A DNA stretch of 64,000 bases from Octopus vulgaris (lineage: Eukaryota): contig OX597817.1 in the NCBI GenBank assembly GCA_951406725.2, forward strand, positions 65,038,001 to 65,102,000, read 5' to 3'. Below the pieces are notes generated by a model, which saw only the letters and a program-made list of their open reading frames with translations, was not told where the DNA came from and made no database searches. Position 1 is the first letter of the stretch. Every line of letters starts with the position of its first letter. Below, one piece after another: positions 48,658 to 63,041 of the stretch. Made by a program: the position numbers and the translations under genes.

Positions 48658-49889
48658 TCTATTTAAGTAATACATACATACATACATATATACATACATA
48701 CATTCTTACGTACGTACATGCATGCATACATGCATACATACATATATGTTGACCCGTCCTGAGTGCTATTAATGGCATGTAACTCAGTATAACATGTTGC
48801 ATGTTCAGACAAACCAGAAGCATCCAAGAAAAACCGCTTAACTCTTTCTGCACTTTGCAGGTTGGCACGGGTGCGCAAAAGGCTAAATGAGAAAAGTTGA
48901 AATATACTTGGAGAAGTGGGATCGGTGGGTAAACAGTGGAGAGTTTTGTTTCCAACCCATCTTCGTAGGAGTCACTACAGCCCTGCTCGATTTTCATTTG
49001 GAACTAACCAGCGTATTCGAATGAAATTAGACGACAACTGGACAAACATGTTTCTCTTATTATACTGCCCGGGTAAAAGCAACATTGTAGCTACAGCACC
49101 ATCCAATCAATGGAGTGGACACTCTATCCAAATATAGTCAGTATGAAACCATCAGAAATGGGGGCAGGAACAGGTTATATGACTTCTCGATTGACAACCT
49201 ATTAAAACTACTAGATCTGTACATTGCCTCTTGCATCGTAGAAGACTGTTTTGACCCTGGGTCTTTGAGAGATGAGTTGTTTTGACCCTGGGTCTTTGAG
49301 AGATGAGTATTACACATTTCATTGGTGAGGCCGCAAAACTGATGAATATGCTGTTGCTATCAAAATATTGGGGGGAAATAAGGCATCAAAAGTGAATTGT
49401 GTTGAAGTAACACCATCTCCAATTTTACCACTTTCGGTATGAGTGGTGATGCAGTTTACATCACCTTGGATAGGTACTCTTTAGTAACAGTTGATTAGTT
49501 TTCCTATTCACGAACCTACTGAAGGGAAGCTTAGATGGATACCCAACAACTCTCAGAGTTACTTGCATATTTTCTTCTCCACTCTTTTCATCCCGATCAA
49601 AAGAATCTCGTACGCTCTCAAATATCACATGAGTCTCGAGAGTAGTTCGTATTGGTACCATGATTTTTCAATCTTCTCCAACCATTGCTGTTTGCTTTTC
49701 AATGCTATTCTAGTCAATGAGACCCATCGAACTACTTTCAATGTAATATTTATCCCCACTTAAAAGTAGATGACCTCTTAGAGCACAGAATACTGCGGTA
49801 GTTACCATAAGAGGAACTCTCATATTAGCTTTCGGCGCGTAAACGCACTCTTGTTCGTATCGTTCGCGGGGAGATAAATCACCCACCGC

Positions 49890-49950
49890 CGCCAACACCG
49901 AGACCACCAACCCACAGGATTTCGGCCTTCGTGGTCTTGTCAGTGATGGC
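49890..49950 (-). ncRNA. Degenerate type I hammerhead
   Basis: Minus strand: CCATCA-CTGACAA-gacc acgaa ggcc-GAA-ATCCtgtGGGT-TGGTGG. Confidence 0.4.
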
Positions 49951-49958
49951 GCTCAGGC

Positions 49959-50027
<69 letters not shown>

Positions 50028-50137
50028 GTATGTACGTATGTATATAGGCATGTAATTGCACAATTAATGCATGTATGTATGCATATATGTATACATATAT
50101 GCACACACACAGACACAGACACAGGTGTGTGTGTGTG

Positions 50138-50199
<62 letters not shown>

Positions 50200-50619
50200 C
50201 GTTTTAGTTTTAAATTGCGTCTACCCACCTTAATTATTAATATGTATGTGTGTAAAGAGTTTCACACTTGAAACGAGTACAACTTCGTACACACACACAC
50301 ACGCGCAGTCAGGCATTAATTTACACATCATATCATGTTTACTATAAAGCTAATTCGATTGTTCTTTTGGGTTCTACGCTGACTTCAAAGCTAATGCACC
50401 GCTGTGTAGTCACATTGCACACAAACAGTGCAGTAACGCAGAATTTAGCAGCCAAGTCAGCGTAGGAATGCGTAGAAGAGGCAACAGATAGCGTTGAATG
50501 CCTTCACTGGTCGCTAGTACGCATGTTGTATGTGTCTGTGTGTACGCACACATTGAACCATTCAAGTATTTTCACAATTGTGCCGAGACAAATCAACCAC
50601 CTTGTTTTCTATAAAAGGA

Positions 50620-51220
50620 GATGAGATGCTGATGATGGTAGTGAAAATAATGGCGATGATAGTGACGATGGTGGTGGTGTTGTTGGTGGTGATGTTGACA
50701 ATAGTAGTGGTGGTGGTGGGTTTGCAGTGGTGGCGGTGGAGATTACGGTGATGTCAATAATAACGGTTGTGACAATGATGCTAATGATAATGGAAGCGGT
50801 GGCGATGATGTTTATGGTGTTGGCGAATATTGGTGGTGGTGAAGGTGATGGTGGTGGCGGTGGTATTAGTAGATTTCGTGATGGCGGCGGCAGCGGCGGT
50901 GGTGGTGATGATAGTTGTTGTGGTGGTAGTGATGGTTGTGGTGGCGATGGTGGTTGTGGCGATGGTGGTGGTGGTGATGATGGTTGTGGTGGTGGTGATG
51001 ATGGTGATGGTGGACTAGTTGCTGGGGATGGTGATAGTGGCGTTGGAGGTGGAGGTGGTGATCGTCGTGGTCGTGGTGGTGTTGATGCTTGTGATGATAG
51101 CGGTGGCCTCGATGGTATTGATGGTGATAGTATTGTTGGTGATGGTAACATTGGTGACAATTGGTATTGTTGACACTGTTGAGATTATGATGATGGTAAT
51201 GATAACAATTGTAATAATTA

Positions 51221-51256
<36 letters not shown>

Positions 51257-51360
51257 GCGGTGGAGATGATGTTTATGTTGTTGGCGAATATTATGGTATT
51301 GTTGATTGCGATGGTGATGATGGTGGGAATGGTAACGATGGCGGTGGTAGTGGGGGGTTG
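50620..51360. repeat. (GGT/GAT)n degenerate trinucleotide tract
   Basis: Directly visible. Confidence 0.95.
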
Positions 51361-52376
51361 GAAATCTGGATGTGAGTGGAAGTAGAGGTGCTCGGTGTGA
51401 AGCGCGTGACCATGGTATTTGGAATTAGGGTGAGGAGGCGGTACCTTCGAAGAATGTTCCAGAATAAATTTGCAGGCCAGCGATTGGTTAATACGAACTG
51501 TAGAGAAAGAGGAGAATAAACAAAAAGACAAGAGCACATCTACAATTATGGTAATAAAACGAGGATTTTCCCAGATTTCTAAATATAGTCATGTTTGCGG
51601 TTGCAAGCACGTGCGTAATTCTAGCTGCACCTACATATAAACGGTTTCATCTATGTATACATATATAAATACGTGTATGTGTGTATACACATACATACAT
51701 ACATTCATACATACATACATACATACATACATACATACATACATACATACATACATACATACATACATACATACATACATACATACGTACATACACACAC
51801 ATACATACACACACATATGCATACATACATATATACATATTCGATATTACAATAAAAGAATACATTCTACTACAATGTGTACAATAGTGTATCATTAGAG
51901 TGTATTCATTTATAAGAATACGATGAATGTATGTGGGTACGTACATGCGCACAACACACACATGTGTGTGTGTGTGTGTGTGTATGAATTTGAGTGTGTA
52001 TGTGGGTGGATATGCATGCGTCTACATTTGTGAGTGTGCGTGTGTGTGCTTCGATGCACAAATGACAAAAAAGGTACTTAAAACATGAATTGTTTTGATT
52101 TAGTAAATATGTGTGTGTACGTGTGTGTGTGTGTGTGTGCGTGTATGTATACGTACTTGTATATACTAATGCACAGGTACATACATAAATGCGCTAATGT
52201 ACACTTTCGTTCATTCACTTGCACACACACACACACAAAGCATATTTTGGGTACTAATAGTTTCATCACAGGTGAGTGTTCCAACAACTCCTACACAACT
52301 ATAGAATTGTCACTACAACTTTATTAAATTCTCTCTTTCTTTGTGGCTGTTGTACAACGCACACTATGCTCACACA

Positions 52377-52428
<52 letters not shown>

Positions 52429-53849
52429 GTATGCATGCATGTATTTGGGGGCAACTCCTGTCGTACACAACAAGTTAGGGTTTCATAACTTCTTGCTGAA
52501 CAACCCGCACACATAATTTGTTTATATGATCGAACTTTTTCTGTTGTACTTTACCTCGCTCCTTCCGTCAAATTGGTGTCACCTGTACAGGTGCACGGTG
52601 TGTCACACGTCAGATGTCGAAGTGATTGCAGAGCAACATGAAATGTAGTATTTTGCTCAAGAACACAATGCACCACCTGGGAATAGAGGCAGCACCGTAA
52701 CCATCAGGCTAAGTGCCTTCATGTATGTATGTATGTATGTATGTATGTATGTATGTATGTATCTAGCTAAATAAATACGTAGATGTAGAGCCTCTGTTGT
52801 CCAATGTTGATCACACATTTGCATAAGAACAGACCTGGGTAAGGATTTTCGAGGAAGGGTTATGACTCTCCAATGCATGCAAGTTTCCCTTTTTCACATC
52901 GCTGATGCTTATCCGAGGGAAAGGCTGCCGATACAACTTGGCACTCATGGCTCGCAGACGTGGCTCTCAAAATGCGAAGAGCCGGAATAGATATCGCAAA
53001 AAATCTTGCCTGACCCTTTAACAGAACACCCATCGCACTGGTGCTTTTTATCAACTTCCAATTAAGAGGAAAAAGCAGTGTTGATCTCGACGGCAATTGA
53101 ACTCAGAGAGCAAACTATCAGGTATTTCATACAACATTCTAACTACACACATACCTTAGAGAATTTACTCCTTTTTTCGTTTATTGTGCAGTGTAAATAT
53201 TATAATGCAATATGTGCAGAATAATTAGCGTTAACGGCTAGGTTAGCTGACAGTTACCTCTAAGTTAACCAACAGTTGCGGTTGCAATCTGAATTTAACC
53301 AACAATTGTGATTAAAATTTAACTTCATTCTTGAAATTATCATCAATTGCAACCGCAATCATAATGTAATCAAGAAGTACGTTTAAAACATTAACACAGA
53401 CTATGTTTAAGATTCTAATTTGGCTAACATTGTTATTAAATTCCCAACTTATAACTGTGTTTATCTTCAGTAAAGCAACAATTGTAGTCAAAATATTAAG
53501 TAAACCAACAACTGTAGTTAAAAATAAACAGTGGCTTTAAAGAGACGATACTATACACTCCGACCCAAATAAAGATTATGCTTAATAATTGACTTCGGAA
53601 AATTACATGGTTCAATTTCCCTGTCTCCTTGAATCTTAAGATTAAAGTAGGCAAAAAATTCCTGGTTTTCATAAACATTTCCTCGGTTACCATAAATATA
53701 AAGAGATCTTCAATTGGCATTCCGTGAAAGTTTCCTACTGCAATTTTAATATGAAAAAACAGTATTGAAACTACTGGAGACCAGGTTTATCCCTATTAGA
53801 CCAAACATGCAAGGTTAGCTCAGTCATTTACGAAGCTGTTGTCATCTCC

Positions 53850-54600
53850 GTTCACTCAAATAAAGGAACTGAAAGAAAAAATATATATCAGATTGTTCAA
53901 AAATGATTTTAAAAAGACATACACCAAGCACAAAGACAAAAAAGAAAGCACAAAGCTAGCAAATCGTATCTAGAACCTGAAAGACAGCAATATATCACAC
54001 ACCATCAAGTGAAACATTGTAGGGATATCTAGGTTTTATATTAACTGGTAAATAAATGTGCCGACTCTGTATAGCTGGAAAAAGCATAACCTAATTTGAT
54101 CGAAGAACTGCACCGACCATCTAAACTCGAGATCAGAAAATTTTACAAGATGTATACATCTCTACAAGTTTCCGTTATCGACATACAAGACATCCACTTC
54201 ACGGTATTAAACACAAAGTTGAATGCACTTTAGCCTTTCTTCCATTCGACTACTCCTGCCAGGCATACTTGTTTTTTGTTTTAGATCTAAACATTCAACA
54301 ATGACGTTATTCTTCATTTACTGGGTTAAAAGGACATAACATATCCCTTAACATTTTCTTGTATTTTTTCTAGTAATTTTTCTCAGCTTCTTTTAACACA
54401 TTTCCTCTGAGAGTAGCCATGCCATTTGAGCCCTAAAGACTGCTGGATCGTGCATGGTACGCTATACCAGCTAGTCCGAATATTGCGCTATCCGAACATG
54501 AAACTTGAAGTAGCTCACGTATAACTCCTGTATTCATTAAAAGATACTTATCTCTCGCCGGCTTGAGTACCTTTTTGCTGATCTTATCAACAAATACTCC
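53850..54600 (+). mobile_element. Decayed Penelope-like 3' end: endonuclease C-terminus plus LTR-like tail
   Basis: STKLANRI*NLKDSNISHTIK*NIV..CRLC..LNSRSENFTRCIHLYKF; residual hammerhead-like GAA-ACTTGAAGT-A near 54500. Confidence 0.65.
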
Positions 54601-54604
54601 GTTC

Positions 54605-54648
<44 letters not shown>

Positions 54649-54675
54649 TATTATTATTATTATTATTATTATTAT

Positions 54676-56582
54676 CATCATTCAATAGTCTTATTTTTAC
54701 CACATGCTTTCACTGCACTACCGAGCGCAGCTCAGTGTGCTTTGGGTATGTGCTGTAGTTCATTGTGGTGCTCTTATTGCTACTGTATTGAAAGTGTTTT
54801 ACGTAGAATGTGTACGGTGCCTAGTAGTGCTATTTTCTGTATATTATATATATTTGTTAGTCCTGGTGTTTTTTTATCTATTTGTTTGAATGCTTTTTTT
54901 ATCATATCTAATGCACCTATTATGATAGGATTTGTTTCTGCTTTTAGACTCCACATTCGAGTTACCTCTATTTCAGGTCCTTGTATTATGAAAGTTTCTC
55001 CATTTCTTGTAGAGAAACATTGTCATCTGTTGGTATTGATACATCGATTCGAAAGCATTTTTTTCTTGATGATCTCTGATAACTATATCTGGCTATTGGC
55101 CTTAATTTCTCTCTTTGTGTGTATTGGCATATCCCATAGTATGGTTGCTTTCTCATTTTCTGTGACTTTTTCTGGCGTATGCCTATACCATCTTTTTTCT
55201 GTTGTTATTCTATAGTGTTGGCATTGCTTCCAGTGTATATAGGTCCCAACTCTGTCGTGTCTGTGAATATATTCCTTCATAGCCAGGACTGGGCAGCCAG
55301 AGACAATATGGTTTATTGTTTATTGTCCATCTCCACATATTCTGCAGTTACTTGTTATGCTTCATTTCATCATATGATTTTGGCAATTTCTGGTGGGGAG
55401 GCTTTGGTCTTGTGCTGCAATTAAAAGTCCTTCAGTCCCTGCTTTGAGCCCTGAGCTTCTCAGCCATTGTTGGGATTTTGCTTTGTCTATTTCTTTAATG
55501 TTTAGTTTAACCCAGTATTTGCCATGAAGGGGCTTATCTTGCCATTATTTTATCATGATCCGCTGCTGTTCCAGTTTTAGTTTGGTCTTCAGTTGTTTTA
55601 CAGCTTTTGTTGTTTCTTCTTTTTCTTCATTGTTGTTAAGTACTATGACTTCTTTTTTGTATTTCTCAGCTTCCTTAAAGACTGAAAACAGTTTTTGTTT
55701 TGTTCGTGTTTTATGGCTATTTCTATTAGTTTTCCCTGCTTCTGAAGTAGGTATTTTTGTAGTCATAGGGTAGTTATTTTGTAATAGTTTTCTAGCTGTA
55801 TAAGGCCTCTACCACCTTCTATACGTTGTATATAACCCTAACCTTTCTATGTCAGATTTTGGGTGGTGCATCCTAAATACTGTCATTATTTTTCTTGTTT
55901 TCCTGTCTATATTGATTTAGTGTCCAGCTAAGGATATTCTAGTTGTAACTGGGATGGCTAGAGTGTTGATACCTATTATCTTGTTTTTCGCATTGAGCTC
56001 TATAGTATTCTTTTTTTAATTTTCTCTTCCGTGTTTTAACGTATCTAGTTCATTATCATTATTATTATTGTTATTATTATTATTGAGCAGCGCATGCCAT
56101 TAAAGTGACACCGAGGTGAAATATACGAAGTCCAGTATACCCATCATGACTACTCGTCTGATAAGGGTACACCAGACACATGCATCACAACCAAATGTGC
56201 GCAACATGGTGATTTCATATCAGGTGGGGCCCAGTTAGAATTTTCTTTATGTCGAGTAGCCCATCCCGCTCAAAAGTTCTCTGAATAAGGGTTACTTAAA
56301 GATGTTGAACGAAACACCCATGTTTCTATAGGTGAATTATCTAAACCCCAAAGAATTCCTCTCAACACATGGCTATGATGCTCCCCCACTACTTCTGCTC
56401 GTGACCAGTGATGCATATATCGTCAGCCACTAAAGGACATGCTCAACTGGTTATAGTCTAACAACCGACAAGCAAATCTGTGGTATTGAGCAGAATATTT
56501 GCTGTAGCCCGTCTTTTATACCAAGACAAAACAGTTAAGATGAGAAACCCTGCAAGCCACTGTCTGGCACTGCATCAGGGCA
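54676..56582 (-). mobile_element. R4/Dong-like RLE non-LTR element fragments embedded in (TAA)n
   Basis: EYIHRHDRVGTYIHW..PEKVTENEKATILWDMPIHTKREIKAN; (TTA)n tracts at about 54648, 56055 and 56583. Confidence 0.75.
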
Positions 56583-56620
<38 letters not shown>

Positions 56621-57103
56621 CACACACACATATATGCATATACATACACATATATATGTATATATTTGTAAACATGTGTGTATGTCTGTATGTATATATA
56701 TATACGCGCGCACACACACACATATATACGCATATTTATACATATATGCGTAAATATATATAGATATATATGCACATATACACATATACTTATATGATAC
56801 ATATATACACATATATAATACATATATACACATACATTTATATTTATATATTTATATATATACATATTCAATAATCTTAATTGTCATTTTCATTCAGAAT
56901 GTGTCCGCTCCACCCTTGTTCCCACCCGGATATCCCCATTCAAAGAACTCTTCAATGTAGCTGCACGCAATCGCACTGTCGCTGTGCAGCATCCTCCTTC
57001 TCTTCCTCTACCACTACCTCATCATCATCATCATCTTCGACAACAAGAGCAACTTGATCAAGAATAAGCGCAAGAACGACCACCACCATCACCATCACAA
57101 CAT

Positions 57104-57179
<76 letters not shown>

Positions 57180-57230
57180 AGACAATATTTCCCAGTGAAT
57201 TCCCCCGGCTTCCATTCAATGGTTGTCGAG

Positions 57231-57400
57231 ACACGTGATTGTGTTAGCGTGGTGGGTGGTAGTCGGAACGAGAAGAGCTATAAAAGTCGTTTCTAGTATT
57301 TTCCAGTGAAAAGAGGCGTGTCCAACGCTGTGAATGAGTTTCGAGTGAGACCTGCGTTACGTTGCTGCATTCTTGAGATTCAAAGGAGAATCACGGTGGG
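57231..57400 (+). promoter_or_regulatory. Possible Pol II promoter and non-coding first exon
   Basis: CACGTG, then CTATAAAAG (about 57278), Inr-like CCAGT about 25 nt later and donor-like ACG|GTGGGT near 57395, in non-repetitive CpG-retaining sequence. Confidence 0.3.
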
Positions 57401-57539
57401 TGTGGTATGGTGGTGTCTGACTGTATTTTCCCGGGCACCATTCACTCGCGCGCGCGCGCGATCACACACAAACAAACGCACGCGCGCAAACTCACACGCA
57501 AACATACACGCACTGACTCATATAGGAACAAATATAAAC

Positions 57540-57572
<33 letters not shown>

Positions 57573-57604
57573 TGTATGTATGTATGTATGTGTATGCTTG
57601 TGTG

Positions 57605-57639
<35 letters not shown>

Positions 57640-57705
57640 GCACGCATATATGTGATATATAGGTATATATCTAAGAATATAATAATAATAATAAAAAACC
57701 AGTAA

Positions 57706-57769
<64 letters not shown>

Positions 57770-58211
57770 CAAATACATAGGCACATACACGCGTACATAC
57801 GCACGCACTGGAAACACATTCACCCATAATGTTATCAGTCGGTTATTTATCAAAATTAGTGAGTCTCTAAATATTTTTGCTAATTATTGTTATCGTTATC
57901 TAAAAGACTTCATCCGAAATGATTATTGTAGGTGACTAGACACTCCACACACATGCACAGCATCTCCTACATGAATAGTTCAATGAATGCAAATAATAAT
58001 CTTATTATAATTATTGATCGTAACGAGCAAGGTAGATGGGAAGAGCGAATATGCATGGTACATGTACCCTATTTTAATTATAAAATTTTGATTTTTAGAA
58101 TTGCATGCTCAAGGCTAAGTATCAGTAGGTACTCCTGACACATGCAGAAATACAGACATACGCACAAGCGCGTATATACATATATGAATTTTTGTGTGTA
58201 CACACACACAC

Positions 58212-58252
<41 letters not shown>

Positions 58253-60288
58253 CACATGTGCGTGCGGGTATGTGCATGCGTGTGTGTGTATATATATATA
58301 TGTATAATCAAGATAAGCGACAAGGATATCCAGAGGTAATGCAGTACGATCGTTTCATGCGACGATCATATTGCATTACCCTTGGATATCTTTGTTGCTT
58401 ATTTTGATTATAATCACCCCATTTTGAATTATATGGATAATACCATACTAAATTCTGGTGCCTTTAACTTAAGTACCATATTCACCTGAATCTAAATTTT
58501 AATGAACTTACATATATATATATATATGCGTGTGTGTATATGAAATATCAAATTGATAGTCTACTGTGAGTGCGACGTTATATAGGTGTGGCTGTGTGGT
58601 AAGAAGTTTGCTTCTCAGCCACATGATTCAGGGTTCAGTCCCATTGCGTGGCACCTTGGGTAAGTCTTTCACTTTCAGTCCCGAGTCGAACAAAGCTTTG
58701 TGAATGGATTTGGTAGATGAAAACATGTCTAAGTATGAGAGTTTGTCTAAGTGTGTTTGCGTTCGTTCTCACCACGACCATTTGCAACCGGTATTGGCTT
58801 GTTTACGTCCCCGTAGCCTAGCATTTCGGCAAGAAGGGCCGACAGATTAATTTCCAAACTTAAAGAAAATAGTACTGAGATTGATTTGTTCGACTAAAAT
58901 CTTTCAAGGCGGTGCTCCAGCATGGCCGCCATCTAATGACTGAAACAAGTAAAAGATAAAAGATATATACAGGAAATGAAAGTCCACGCACACACGTTCA
59001 CACACTAAAAGCACACTGTACAGACGCACATTATAGCGTCATATACACACGCACTTGTATACAACGTCCAATAACTCCGAGCGCACACACATATGTCGGA
59101 TAGACTCATACACACACACACACTCACCCATATACACGTACACACGCACATACCGACAGAGTAAATATACACACATTGTTTCATATACACATACGTACTT
59201 ATTCGCACACATACGTGCGCACACGCGATGTCATACCCACACATTCACACACACATCAGTATCATACATACACGCATCAGTATCATACACACACACACAC
59301 ATCCGTATCATACATACACGCATCAGTATCATATACACACACACATACTCGTTCGCGCGTACACACATACATATATTTGCTCACTGTGGTTTACTTTGCT
59401 ACCCACGCTGCAAACCGAATTCTCCCACTTTCAGTCATTTCATTGTGGTTTACCTTGCTACCCACGCCGCAAACCGAATTCTCCCACTTTCAGTCATTTC
59501 ATTGTGCTTTGACCGTTTAACTCAAACACGTATTGCTTTTCTCTCTCTTTTTCTTTCTCTCCTCATCAATTCTTCCTGCTGAAGAGTGTAGACATGAAAC
59601 GTTAAACTTGTGCCATTTTTCCTTAGTGTTATAAACTCGTAATGCACCCAGTTATTCTTTCATTCCGTCTTTGCTATTTTGTAATTTTTGGACCCCCCCC
59701 CCCCCACACACATTTAAGTATGAGTTAGAAGCAGCTCGGGATATATAAACAAAATCGAACACACCTACACAGAGCTTGCCTATTATTTACTTTCAGGTGC
59801 TTTTAACACCAGGTGTATTGAGAATATATTCGCTTACGCCTAAAATGCAGCCGACTCGCGAACAAACAACACACACATATTTGTAGTGTATTAAGAAGTT
59901 TGCTTCCCAACCATATGGTTTCGGGTTCAGTCTCACTGCGCAGCATCTTGGGCAAGTGTCTTCTTCTATAGCGTCAGGCCTTGTGAGTGGATTTGGTATA
60001 CGCCCTTGACAGTGTAGAACAGGTGTACTTGACTTTTGTTTTGATGCATGTATGTGTCAATGTATGTCTGTGTGTATGTGTGTGTCATTGAAGCTTGTGT
60101 ATGTATGTGCGTGTGTGTGAATACGTGTGTGAGTGTGTGTATGCGTGTGTGTGTGTGTGTGTGTATCTTTGTGTCCCACCATTGCTAGACAACCTATGTT
60201 GGTGTGTTTATGTCATCGTAACCTAGCGGTTCGACAAAAGAGTGCCAATAGAATAAGTACCAGGCTTATATATATTCACATACATACA

Positions 60289-60364
<76 letters not shown>

Positions 60365-60396
60365 CATACATACATGTATAAATACACACACACAGA

Positions 60397-60960
60397 GTTA
60401 TACCTCACTTTACGATTGTCCGCTTTACGAGACCCTGGCTTTACGAGTTTTATTTTATGATAATTTTTTCAAGCACAAGATCCAAATTTTGAACGAAGTG
60501 AAAAAAGTTTCTATTACCATAACAAATGCTTTTGCATGTTACCAAAACATTTATAGAGAGCGGAAAGTAGCTTCTCAACAAACAACTCTACAGTTGTTTT
60601 TTAAAAGAAATCTACACGTCTATCTACGAGTGCTTGTGAATAGGCGATCGCGTCAACAAGTGATGGTGTGTGCGAGTCTAGTGCGAGTGTAAGTGATGCA
60701 GATAACGATTATAATAATAATATTTTTTATTATAAGTGATCTTGACATTCTTTTTACTTTGCATAAAATATTCTTTACATTCTACTGTTGTTTTATTGCC
60801 ATTTATTTACGAGTATTATAAATGTTATATATAAAATAATTTTCTGGGAAGGAATTATGATTTATAACATTGCTGCTATGAGAAATTATTTCTCTGCTTT
60901 ACAAGTTTTTATTTTACGAGCGGTCTCCGAGAACAAATCAACTCGTATATCGAGGCATTA
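60397..60960 (+). mobile_element. pogo/Tigger-like DNA transposon remnant
   Basis: Imperfect TIRs (TACCTCACTTTACGA / TCGTATATCGAGGCA); [25 protein letters not shown] resembles the pogo-type transposase C-terminus. Confidence 0.6.
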
Positions 60961-61806
60961 ATATATGTATAGTTATTTAGTTTCCTCTATCAAATCCACT
61001 CACAAGGGTTTTCATGGCTGGGAAGCAAACTTCTTATCACACAGCCATGCCTGTAAAGAATAATTGAAGGCGGAAAAATTATTCTGGATCAGCTGATAGC
61101 ATCACCTGGAATTGAACTTATCATATCTTGCTTACAGTGGCCTAAGTACGCAAAGTATAGCAACGATGTAATTTACTAGAGCCGTCTGAAATAATGTACG
61201 GGCACGTATACGAGGACAAGCGCACGGACAGACTGAGAGATATGTAATAAAAGAAATAGGAGGCTTAGACGATAGAAGGTGGAAGGAAACACGTGCTTGT
61301 TGTATACAATATCTTGGCTGGTGTTATCACAGTGAAGAACATGTGTACTGAATGTTATATGTATGTGTATGTATGCATTAATGCATGTGCGCGCGCGATT
61401 GTCATATTTGTTTTCCATTGAACTGCTCTTCCAAATCCACCGCCTCCTCCTCATCATCATTGCCGTGGTCATGGTTGTCATCATCATCATCTATCGGAAA
61501 AAAAGTGACAGAAATATCAGAGATACTAGAGGCAAATTCCAATACTATCCTTTATATTTAACTTGTTTCAGTTATTAGACTGCGGCCATGGTGGGACACT
61601 GTCTTGTAGAATTACAGTCGAACGAATCGACTCCAGTACTAATTTTTTAAAAGCCTGGAGCGATATATTTTACCGAACTGTTAAGCTACAGGGACATAAA
61701 CAAACCAACACCGGTTGTCAAGCAGTGACAAACACAGACACAAAGATACAAACACACACACACACATACACACACGCGCACACACACATACATACACGCA
61801 CGCACA

Positions 61807-61846
<40 letters not shown>

Positions 61847-62589
61847 CTCTCTCTCTCTCTCTCTCTCACAGCGCTTTTTTTCAGTTTCCGTCTACCAAAT
61901 CCACTGACAAGGCTTTTGGTTAGCCCGAGGCTATTAGTAGAAAGACTTGTTCAAGGTGTCACGCAGTGGGACTGAATCCGGACCACGTGGTTGGGAAGCA
62001 AACATCTTGCCACACAACCACGCCTAACTGGAAGATGTCACATCAGAGAATTATGATAGTAAATTCCTCAATAGAAAGTTGGACGTATTTGCAATCGTCA
62101 AAATAAGCACCGTTTAATTTCGGAGTTAACGTAGTAAAATGGATAATCCGGGCCTCACTATAGGCTATGAATATGATGGCGCGACTGGAGCATATCTTGG
62201 GTCTTATGTTAGAAAACAGAACAAAAGGACGATTTTCAATAGGCGGACAAGGGTGATGGTTCTAGGCACAGGTGGGATGTACAGGATAAAGAAAAGTATG
62301 AGAGTGTACTTGCATGCCTCTACTTACGTCGGTAATTTATTCCAAGACCTGCGACTTAACTCGAAAAATGACGTGACACAAAAAATCAATTTGAAAATAT
62401 TGATTAGTTTATATTTGTTTTAGGTGTTTTTTTTAAAAATTATGTTTTTATATATGTTCGCTGAGCCGAGTCGGATAAATCGACTGATGTTGAAGTTTAT
62501 TCCTGAAAGCACCCTAAAAAACAAAGCAAAACGACGTAACGTTGAAATAGACGTATCTTGAAACGACGAAGTTGAGGTACGTCTGCATA

Positions 62590-62815
62590 TGGATATCACG
62601 TTCATGGCGAATTGGAGTTGACAGGGTCCAAGGGAAAGGAAAAGTGGTTGAGAAGGTTAAGGGCATGGTTAATATCCTTGCTATAAGAGGGCAAGATAGT
62701 GACGAGAAGCGACATAATCTTATCGCAGTCGCTGGAAAGAAGCACAGTGGAGAAGCTACAAAGGGAGACAAGAAGATGACCGGGATGGTTGAGTTTATGA
62801 AGCTTGAGGAAAAAG
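62590..62815 (-). mobile_element. Penelope-like RT N-terminal fragment
   Basis: KLHKLNHPGHLLVSLCSFSTVLLSSDCDKIM..LPSYSKDINHAL matches the PKxHK..PGRPIVS..LPSYxKDT pattern. Confidence 0.7.
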
Positions 62816-62961
62816 TGATAGATAGGTAGATAAATAGAGAGATAGAGAGATAGATAGATAGAGAGACAGAAAGAAAGTGAGAGAGAGAAAGAAAGAGAGA
62901 GAGAGAGAGTGAGAGAAGGAAAGTGAGAGAAAGAAAGAAAGAAAAAGAGAAAGAGAGAGAA

Positions 62962-63041
<80 letters not shown>

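Noticed and set aside
59385-59507. 59-bp tandem duplication (also a 31-bp duplication at about 49247-49308)
   Set aside because: Ordinary local duplications inside decayed repeats.
62139-62423. 94-aa ORF MDNPGLTIGYEY..
   Set aside because: No recognisable family or supporting splice structure; adjacent to decayed repeats.
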